This document shows positions 14,501-24,053 of a stretch of DNA of 64,000 nucleotides, piece after piece (position 1 is the first letter of the stretch; every line of letters starts with the position of its first letter). This DNA is from Oculina patagonica (lineage: Eukaryota), in NCBI RefSeq assembly GCF_052425735.1, contig NC_135769.1, positions 32,302,001-32,366,000 of the forward strand. The letters run 5' to 3'. The notes beneath the pieces were generated by a model, which worked only from the letters and a program-made list of their open reading frames with translations, searched no databases and was not told the DNA's origin. The position numbers were made by a program, and so were the translations under genes.

Positions 14501-17064
14501 GGGTTTATGTCATCCCGATATCATTATGGCCAAACATCATGATAATTCTTTATATTGGTTACTTGCAGTCCTTCAAAGGATTGCCTATACCAGATGAAGA
14601 ATTCCTGGCAGTATCAATAGATGCTAAAATTGATTATCACCAAACAGTTGACTTAGGTAAGGCAACTTGAATATCTATCCACACTATTATTTAAATAACT
14701 GTCATGTTAACTTTACACTGTATTCTGTTCTATGTTTAGTGTTGTTCTATATGCTTTGCTTAAATATTTTCCCAATAGAATTTATATACTATTCAATTGT
14801 CATATATTTTCTGTGTTATATCCATGTAGCTTCAGAAATGTATTCGTGAAGGTATTTTTTGTATTCAGGACACCATTATTTTAATACAAATAAATTCTGA
14901 CTTTTTCCTTAGAATTAAACCTGAGACAGAGTGAGGAAGTGTTGATTATAGGAATCAAATCTGGCGATCTGTGGCTTCCAGTAAGTCAAATTAAAGTATA
15001 GTACTTAATTAATAATTTGTAAGTGCAAGAATGTGAATTATGCACTATTTTTTTTTTAAAAAAAAATACTTGTTGCCAAACATTCCTTGTTGTTTTAACT
15101 TTTTGTTTGCTGTTATAGGGACTGTATTCTGAGAATGTTTGTGAACTTGAGTTAGCATGGTAAGTGTTATGCTGTGGATATTTTATTTAACAAGCAAAAA
15201 AAGGCTGTTTTTATTCCTTTCTGTGATGCTTTACCTCATTTTCACTTGTAATAATTTGCTGTCAATTAACATCAAACTTGAGTAAATTATACTCATAAAG
15301 GATATTTTTTTTGTTCTTCAGGTGGCCTGGACTTTACAAAGGAAGATTTGGTTGGTTTCCAGGTAAGAAGTTATTAAAAACCAACCAACCACCAATCCAG
15401 GGATGTAAGGGTAGCTAAGATTCCCAACAGGCAAAATTTTCTTGATCACAGGCAGAAAGTTTTGATTCACATTAAAAAAAAGATCTAACCAGACACAATC
15501 TTGTAGCCAGATCAATCAAGTCCTCAGGTGGTATTTTTTCCATGTACATCCCTACCGGATCACTCACTATCTCAATCGTATTCAAAATTGTGTACAAAAG
15601 GCCATTTTCATGACTGTAGACTACATGTATCTCATAACCACACAGTATAACCGTTGTAGAGAGAACTGCTCATAACAATTTCCTTAACGAATTTATATGC
15701 CGACATAATAGGCTAGTATGATTTTTACAACCACAGTGTTAGGATGTGACTTGGATCCCAGCTATACATGTAGAGTTGCATCTAATGTCAGCTTTCTTTT
15801 TTTCAGCTCATTGTGTTACTGGGCCTGATGTGACAACACTTACTGCCACAAATGAGGTGAGTTGAATTTATTTACTAGTGAGACATTAAAGTACTTGCAT
15901 AATTTGCCAAGATTAACCAGTGTTTAACTCCAGTTTTTGTGACAAAAGTAATGTTGGACAGTAAAAATATTTACGTGGCTTACTGGCTGTTGGTTTCAAG
16001 ATAATAATGATTGCTGTTTTAAAGTTTTTTTTGTCTTTTTTTAATTTTTAATTTTTAGTTTCATCCCATTCCTGTGGCAGTGGCACTGAATGGTATAAAG
16101 AGGAAAATGATGGACTGGGTAAGTAAAATTATACTCTTCTGTGTTTTATAATAAACAGAAGACACAGTTGACAAAGTAATGAGTATTGTTTTTTAGGTCT
16201 GGGCTAAAAGACTTTTCAATAAAAATGATGTTTACTAATCTTTGTTTGTAGTGGAAATACTATTTTGTTTGGACAATTATTTCAATTTTTGAGTACTCCC
16301 AACAAAATTCAATTTTTGACAGACTGGCAGCAAGCTTAAAGAACGTGTTATTCAAGATATGACAATGCTAAAGATCTTTAAGCCAGACAAGACTTTTAAG
16401 GTAAGCAGTTATTGTGCATTTTGATCTCTGAAACACTGACCTATTAATCAACAATTTATTATTAAAAGAATTAATTGTTAAAAGAAAGGATAGTGCAGTT
16501 AACGTATTGATATTTTTTTTTATTTTTCAGACATGTAAAATAGAGCCAGGCTTTACGATTGCAGATGTCATGCTGTAAGTCACATTAAATAAAATTTGTA
16601 TTGCACTGGAGCAAATAAACAAAATTAGTTCAAGTTGGAAATGTTATTTTGTTTTATTCATTGCCTTTAAGTTAGGCTATGTTTACAAGAAATGGACCAG
16701 AACCATTCCGAACAGTCCGAAAATCGGACCGGATCCGTTCCAGACTGGTCCTGTGTAAACATAGCCTTAAACCTAGTCTATGTCCAAAAGCTGATAGATA
16801 CTGTACTAGGCAGGTAGATTGTTGTGATTAGCAGAATCTGTTGTTTTAAACCATGAGGTTTTTTACACCGTCTCATTGTTCTATTTGTGCAGCCAATATA
16901 CCAGACACAGGAGTTTTGTTGGAGGTCAGATTGATGCTTCAGTGTTGGAAATGTGGGAAGAATCAGTAGATGGCTCTGGTGAGTATATATGATACTTGTA
17001 AATGGTTAAAATAATAAACACCAGATTTTAGCAACCTTATCTTGTGCACTCAGTATTGTCATTG

Positions 17065-17129
<65 letters not shown>

Positions 17130-18020
17130 GTCATTGTCATCATCATCAGTCTTTATCATCATGCCATGGCCGGGGACGTAAGGCCTCCTTTTGTGCACTC
17201 ATTGTCATTTACCTTAAGCTGTCCCCTCCCCCACCTAATTTCTAAGATGATCAGCAAATAAAGCAGAAATAAACTAGATACTTCATTTATTACAAGTGAC
17301 AATTGATTTGTTTAGCACTGTTAGTTTATGCTGTCAGGTGATAAAAATATAATCTTCATTTTTTAATTGGGCATATTACCCTGTTATACTTGTGTAAAAT
17401 ACAATCATTTCTGACTTGATTTTGTTACTATCACTTGTCACAGCTTTGTTTTTTTTTTATATTTTCTCAGTACACAGGTGTCTAGATCCTATAGAGAAGC
17501 TTAGCAACATTTTTGCAATGTGGGGAAAATATCAGGTAAGGTTCTTACATGCATCAAAAATATGTATTTGACTTGGTTACAAATTAAGTCATACATCCTA
17601 ATACTGACATTTTAGTTGCCCAGGTACAAAGTATTGCTAGACCTCTGGTTTTACAATTTCAACTTAGATCTCCGCAATTTAGTATATACTAAAAAGGTGG
17701 ATAGCGCTTTTGGCGTGCACTGATTGGCTACTCAAACTCAGAATATCCTTGCTATTCACCTCCGAGCAATGCGCACAAGAAAATTGTAATCTTTGAAAGG
17801 GAAAAACTAGTCAAAAATCAGGCTAGTGGTGGATTCACTAGACACCTTCACTTCAGTGAATAGTTGTTAATATAAACCTATTAACTTTTTTTATGTGCTT
17901 TATCAGGATAAGATGAAGCTTGTTGTTCACAATATTAGGGACAGACAGAGGAAACAATCTGGGGACAAGAAAGAAGACAAACAAGAACCTCCTACTGGAC
18001 TACTCATCTCCATTGATTAA
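1136..18020 (+). CDS. Dbl-family Rho guanine nucleotide exchange factor, SH3-DH-PH-SH3-RA architecture, about 35 small exons
   Basis: Phase-consistent GT-AG exons. Start exon 1136-1170. SH3: 2311-2380 (FVAVWDFEPSKKDELGLSK), 3474-3545 (GDIVFVVKKYQDGWYRG), 5290-5351 (GCFPGNFV). DH: 7145 and 8348 (RKRTRAAM|ELLTSEVSYFNGL), 8527, 8758, 9252, 9652, 9951 and 10379 (LDSLLLMPIQ|RVPRYELILKEL), 10514 (DHPDY), 11079 (ALNEHIR). PH: 13180 (FIYEG), 13844 (HLFLFNNVLL), 14319 (KEKWENKL). Second SH3: 14569-15361 (AKIDY...ELNL...WWPGLYKGRFGWFP). RA-like: 16323-17535 (MLKIFKPDKTFK|TCKI...RCLDPIE...MW). Stop TAA at 18018-18020. Confidence 0.88.
2592..2778. mobile_element. Short MITE
   Basis: Terminal inverted repeat TATGTCCAGGATTGAACGC / GCGTTCAATCCTGGACATA. 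Confidence 0.65.
3692..4710. mobile_element. Non-autonomous DNA transposon with long TIRs and TTAA target site (Kolobok-like), with a nested fragment near 3853-4075
   Basis: TTAA|AGTGTATATGACATGAAAAATATTT... and ...AAATATTTTTCATGTCATATACACT|TTAA. Imperfect TIRs of about 150 bp. AG..CT termini. Confidence 0.8.
5484..5910. mobile_element. TA-flanked MITE (Tc1/mariner-type)
   Basis: TA|CACTC-poly(T)-CTATAAGAAT ... ATTCTTAT-poly(A)-GAGTG|TA. Confidence 0.7.
7375..7890. mobile_element. MITE with CAGTG termini and 5-bp TSD (hAT5-like)
   Basis: CTTTG|CAGTGTTCTCCCTAGG ... CCTAGGGAGAACACTG|CTTTG. Confidence 0.75.
10032..10323 (-). mobile_element. tRNA-derived SINE, full length
   Basis: Minus-strand head with A box (TGGTCTAATGG) and B box (GTTCGAGCC). 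13-bp TSD TATTTACACCTTA at 10019-10031 and 10324-10336. Homologous to copies at 45696 and 46291. Confidence 0.85.
16675..16766. mobile_element. Harbinger/Tourist-like mini-MITE
   Basis: TTA|GGCTATGTTTACA ... TGTAAACATAGCC|TTA. Confidence 0.7.
17065..17147. repeat. (CAT)n microsatellite in a RhoGEF intron
   Basis: More than 20 tandem CAT units. Confidence 0.95.
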
Positions 18021-19588
18021 TAAAACACATTCACCCAAGAATTTGTTGTAATCCTCCATTTATATGTTATATTGTCATAATTTTATTAAATAACTAGTTA
18101 AATATTTTTGTTTAGAGCTTAAATTATGTTGGTTATGAAGCATGGATTTAAGAACATTCAAAAATGATAATTAAGGAGTAAAAAGATCCTCGATACTGTA
18201 AGAAATAATGAGTGTACCAAGTAAACATGCAGTCAAGATATCGACTGGCAAGCACTTCTGCAAACTTTATATGCTAGTTTTATAGTCATACTTATTCATT
18301 ATTCATTCCAAATTGAACAACAATATTTTTATATTAGTTATTATATGAATCAAAATAATTTCACACACAGAATTAATTATTTTTAACATTTTTAAACAGA
18401 GGATTTTATTCACAATAATATTTCAAGAAAGGACGCAATAGTTATGAGATAAACAAAGTATAATAATTAGATTTTAATTATGTTATAATTGTTATAATTG
18501 TAGGAAATAAAATAAATGATCATCACAATATTTAGACAGGAAAACCACATCAATGTGTTAAACATTATTTTGGCCCCTGGCGAATCATTCTTTGAAAGCA
18601 AAGTTAGTTTTTTCTTCGAATTTCCTATAACTTTCAATCAATTAAATAAATAAATAAATTACGGGTGTATCTGCCAGAACTATGTACAGCAAAATACCTA
18701 CAATCTATTTTTAGGAAGTGATATTTTGATATAGTTTCATTGAAGGATTGGGAAAAAATTATTTGAAATGTGGGATATGGGGAAAAGTTTCATTATTGTC
18801 TTTCAAAATTCATATAAGTGCAGTTTGTAGTCTGTTTTCAGCCAATTATTATTTTGTAGATTTTTGATTTTCTTTATATTTTACTATACTTTTTCAAGTA
18901 AGTTGTTCCTAAACAAACAAAGAAAATTTTTCAAAGTAGTAGTCTCAGACGTAGTGTCTATAAAAATTCTTGTAGTATTGTTAGTATATTCACAATAAAA
19001 ATGAAAATTTTTCAACTTAGTTGCATTGTGTAAGTTTTAAAGACTTGGCCCTCTCACCCACTTTTTTACTGACAGTTTCAAAAATCTTGTAGATAGAATC
19101 CAATAATTACTTCTTTTTTTTTTAAAGTCCAACTATCAACTTGACAAGTATTAACTACATTTATACCATGCCATAGAGGCCCTATGCGCCAACTTGGCGC
19201 CAGGGGACAGGTGAAGGTGAAGGTGATACCATGCCATAGAAAATACAGCCAATCAGAATACAGGAAAGCCATTGTATACTCGACGGTATTCAACCCAACC
19301 TTCCCATCGTGCGCTGCAATTGTATTCTCGACGAAATTTAGTAAGCTTATTTTCTATGGCACGGTATAAAATAGTTACACAACACTTTCTTGTGGTATAC
19401 TATGGAAATTATATCCCACTTGTCAATTGTATTTTCTTGGTATACACACGAGCCTTTAGGATATTTCATAGTATACCACTCGAAAGCGTTGCATAACTAG
19501 TATGTATCTTAATATCTCAAGAATGTCATGGTACACTGTTTAAAATTTTGGTAACCTCGTACGAGCAGTGAGCCACAAGAATAATGAA

Positions 19589-19888
19589 AATTCTGGTTAT
19601 AATCCCCCCTGGTTATAGGCCCATCTACCTGGAAACAAAAAAATACATCCAGTTATACCCCCCCCCCCCCCCCGGATATAAGCCCCCCTCTGCTGGATGG
19701 CAGTACTGAACAGGGCTAAATGTTGCTTTATTATGACATTTTAAATAAAAAATGTATTTCAATCAATTTTTATTCTGCTCATAAGCCCCCCTCCTCTTCT
19801 CGGATGTAAGCCCCTCTGTTAAAAAGCCCATCCAAAACCCCTTACGAAATTGTATAAGCCCAAGGCTTATAACCAGGATTTTATGGTA
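19589..19888. mobile_element. pogo/Tigger-like MITE remnant
   Basis: AAAATTCTGGTTATAA ... TTATAACCAGGATTTT inverted ends. Internal TATAAGCCC repeats. Confidence 0.6.
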
Positions 19889-20383
19889 TTTCAGTAGATT
19901 AAGGTACAGTAGGAGCCAGTCTCCCTGCCAGCTAGCTCACTGTCTAACTTCATTCAGCTGACCTTTTATCACGAAGTGTGGACTGAATATTATTAGCAAT
20001 TTTTTTTTCACTCGATAGTGATGTTAACAAAATTTTTCATAACAGTCACTATCCAGTGAAAAAAAACCCAATCACATTCGCTAATAATATTCAGTTACTG
20101 TTGACATCTTTTTGACAGCGCTCCATTGGGATCTGTTTGTTTTTACCAATTAAAATCAAAGAGGAGTAAGGAGACCAAAATTGACTTAAAAGTGCCACCG
20201 TAATGTAAAGTCAACCCCAAATGTCTTGAAATTTGATGGGTTGAATGAAATTATGGAACATCCCATCAGAAAGCTGTCAATAAGAAAGTGCGTATCTGTT
20301 AATGACTCACTCTTTTGACTGTTGACTAAAAAATAACACACTGATAACACTCGTGTTTTTATTTTTGTTGAAATACTCTAAGC

Positions 20384-21228
20384 TAGCCTAAATTTCAGAC
20401 ATCCCTCTGTGCTCGCCTGCTTGCCAGAAGGGACGTCTGAAAATTTGAGCCTAATGCCGTCCGGTGACGTCACTACACTTTGGTTTTAATTCATGCGGAA
20501 AAGTTTCTGTCGAGGCCATGAAATTGTGAAAGAAAAATCGCTTCAATAAAGGATTACAGGGTATAAAATTGTTTTAATAGTAAACTATTGAAAACTTGAG
20601 ACAAATGAATGAGATTTTAATCGACTGCAGGCTATATTCTTTTACGGGACCGATTTAATCTGAACTGATTTGCTTTAAGCTTATCTAGCGATCAAAATAT
20701 AATATGTTACGCAGCGAACAAATACAACACACTCGTGAGTACTTAAATGAATCAATTTAGACGGTTACTGAGGCATCAAGAAACGGAATTCAATACAAAA
20801 ATATCCTACTTGACTGTGGGCACTGAGTTCAGAAATCACTGGCGCATCGAGGCTGCAGGACATAAGCGTCGAGGGGCTTTGTTGACAAAACAAGAATACA
20901 TATATAAATTTGGCAAAACACTGCATGTCAAAGCAACGAATGCCGCCAACTTAAAACCTACCGATTTCCATTACTATTCTTCATCCGTAAATGACTAATA
21001 AATTCATTTCTGGGAAGGTGAACTCCTTCGAACTCTTTCCAAACCTCTCGCGCGGTAAAATTCAGTCATAATTTCACATAATTATGCAATTAATTTTTAA
21101 ATCAACCAATCAAAATCACTACCCGGTTTTCGGGTAGTGACGTCACCGGACGGCATTAGGCTCAAATGTGTTCAGACGTCCCTTCTGGCAAGCAGGCGAG
21201 CACAGAGGGATGTCTGAAATTCAGGCTA
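20384..21228. mobile_element. Non-autonomous DNA transposon with TAG..CTA termini, ~90-bp TIRs and 9-bp TSD (AcademH- or MULE-like)
   Basis: ACTCTAAGC|TAGCCTAAATTTCAGACATCCCTCTGTGCTCGCC ... GGCGAGCACAGAGGGATGTCTGAAATTCAGGCTA|ACTCTAAGC. Confidence 0.85.
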
Positions 21229-21594
21229 ACTCTAAGCAAACTTGTAGAAGACAAGCTTTTTTATAAAATAGAAAATCACAACCTTACAATACAAATTGCC
21301 TATGGTCACAAAACTTTTTAAGGAACGTTTACACAGGAAATTTTTGTTGCGGAACTCAATGCAATTTTAACGCCACAAGATCGCAGAAGACTTCCTGCAA
21401 CTTCGGTGCGACAAAAATTGCATTGTGTTGCGAGACAAAAAACCCCCGTGTAAACTGGGCTTTAGTTCTCCCAAACTTCCTTAATTCTCTGCTTGCATCA
21501 GATGCATAATCATGACAGATATAATAATAAATATTAATTTCTAAATAGCATGAAGAGCAGGAAGGAGAAAACCTTTAAAAAACTGTTTCCTATG

Positions 21595-23516
21595 TTAACC
21601 CAACAGTTCAGTCTCAGCTTTCTTGTCCTTAACGCTCACACCCTTACTTCCTAAAATATAAAATCTCAGTGGCTTAAGAGCTGACTCAGATCCATAGGAG
21701 TGTATTCCTATTCTTGTTGATGTCACTATAGTAATGTCTTTCTTTTGAGGATTCTTGTCATCTTCAAGCCAGAACCTATCTGAAGTTGCCATGTCTTCCT
21801 TATTAAGATTAGCTTTTTCAATGCAAAGAGCTTGACAAAGCTTTGAAGGCCCATTGGTCAACTGAAAGTCTTTCAACTTGCTTCCACTGTCTCTTCGCTT
21901 GATCCCTCTGAAAGATTTCATAGAATCTAATCCTGGAATATAAAAAGATCTGGCTTTGGCTCAACAGTGCTGGTGTTTTACTCTGTTTTCCATAGCATGC
22001 AGCAGCTAAAGTATTGCTACCCCCCTCCCCCCATCCTCTAGTCTACTGCAGGTTATTTTTTTCAACAGCTATGTTACTAACTCGGAATTTTGCCAGGTTT
22101 TTTTTGAAAGTAAATTGCCTTGCTAAAAAATAAGACGCAATAACCCAAGCCAGTGTTCACACCTAGACTGTCTGATCCGGAGACCAACCCAGGCCTTAAA
22201 GGTCACCATGCAATGTTTGGCCTACTCACAAATGCTTATGCTAAGAAACATGAATATACTCTTCAAGAACAAATGTACACCCATTTCCCCATGAGCCATT
22301 CCATTTTATATCCACCCCCCCCCCCTCCATTGATGAGGTAAGTCAAAATGGCTTTCCTTACTTTTAAGGGACTCGCGCTATATAGGAAAACAACTGTCTA
22401 AATGCACGCGCAAAATGGCGCAATTAACTGTAAAAGCGATGTACACGCAAAATGATAAATTTATTGAAAAAAAAAAAAACGCATCACGTTTGTTCTTCAG
22501 CTCGCTTGCGGTTAGTTCCACTCCAGTTTGCTTGCGGTAAGTTCCACTCCAGTTTGCTTGGGGTTAGTTCCACTCAGGTTTGCTTGCGGTTAGCTTTTAT
22601 TTGTTAGTAAGCAGCACTTTTTTAAAAAATTGTTAACTGTAACACTAGTGTAGTACTACTTTTGTTTACGCCATTTTGCGCGTGCATTTAGACAGTTGTT
22701 TTCCTTGTCCCTTAAAAGTAAGGAAAGCTGTCAAAAGTTACCCCCGAAGAAAAAAAGATCAAAGTGCCGACATGATACCCCCCTTCAGAAATAATCCAAT
22801 TTTTGAATTTCCTTCAGAAAAAAAGCCATCTTTTCCCTAACCCCCTCATAAATATTCAAAAGATCGAAAGTGCCGACAGGGCTACTCCCTCAGAAATGAC
22901 TTCAAAAAAACCCTTCAGAAAATCTCATCTTTAGGGGTGGGGGTGTGAAGATAAAATGGAATGGCCCCATGCCAGTGAGTTAAGAACAGTTACTGAACCC
23001 ACCCTGGAGAGGCTCCAAACCTCTAATCAACACACAAGCGCCAGGTTCCTGACCGCTGATGTTCAGACAGTGATACATTCCGTAAATAATGTACACATAA
23101 GCTGTTCCCGGCGCCATGTACATGGGCTCAGTGCGAGAAGTCCGTTTACCTCCAAACGCATGGCAAGCTTTGTCATTCTCACCCAGATAACCTTCAGTCT
23201 CAACTATCCGTCCACACAGCACCTCTTCATTGTCAAGAACACGATAAAGCAACTTTCCCAAGAGTTGTTTGGCCAAGTCTTCTGTGGGTGTATCGTAAAA
23301 AGACCTGCCTAGTTTGTTCAAAGACGAGCTTTTGTTCTCAAGCTTCAGTTTAGCTTTTTTGTTAGGTGAAACACATGAAATATCATCAGAGTCTGTTTTG
23401 AAATAGATGCTTTTTTCGCCTTCTTCTTTGATTTCAACTGACAAGTCTTCTTTTTCAGTTTTGTCGTTTATACGAGGCCCGTTTCGATTTCTCTTCGCCG
23501 CCTTACGAGCCGCCAT
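21595..23516 (-). CDS. MPG: DNA-3-methyladenine glycosylase (AAG/MPG), 2 exons: 23516-23003 and 21932-21595
   Basis: [54 protein letters not shown]|[23 protein letters not shown]: hallmark motifs of the AAG family. The phase-1 GT-AG intron joins the two track ORFs. Confidence 0.95.
22350..22729. mobile_element. MITE with long TIRs and an internal ~29-bp tandem repeat, in the MPG intron
   Basis: GCTTTCCTTACTTTTAAGGGAC...AAAACAACTGTCTAAATGCACGCGCAAAATGGCG is inverted at the other end. Flanks GTCAAAAT and GTCAAAAG. GCTTGCGGTTAGTTCCACTCCAGTTT repeated 3-4 times. Confidence 0.7.
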
Positions 23517-24053
23517 ATTGTTTCTGTCGATTTGATTTGTTGTGTAACTCACCACGAAATGCCCCTAGTCGCGCCCGTAAATATCGGGGGGCGCACTGTC
23601 ACTTTAGCCAAGTACTGCAACACATCAATGATTTGTTTGTCGTTTGTTTGTTTGTTAATTTATTATTTTTTTTGTCTGCATTGCATCTTAAATATTGCAA
23701 AGGAGAAGAGTAAATAAGATATTTTTTGTTCGTATTTTTTATTTCTTATCTACAATTTTTATCTCTACAAAATAGAATTACATCATATCTTTTACAAGTA
23801 AGAAAATAATATTTTTAAACAGACCTATACAAGACATCCAAGTGTTATTCTAATCAGGGCTTAGGTCACACGCAGTTCACAGCTCCCTAAACAAGCCATG
23901 AAATTATTTTAGTACCAGTAATAATGAAACGCCATAAAACGTGCACCAAATTAAACAGATAGTCTGATAGGGCATTACATGTATTAAAAAAAACTCAAAA
24001 GGAAATATTTATGACTACAAAATGACACTATTCAATACATGATAATAAAATTA

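Noticed and set aside
17042-17245. Poly-His ORF
   Set aside because: Translation of an intronic (CAT)n microsatellite.
22503-22595. ~29-bp repeats superficially like a CRISPR array
   Set aside because: Head-to-tail with no unique spacers, inside a eukaryotic MITE, no cas genes.
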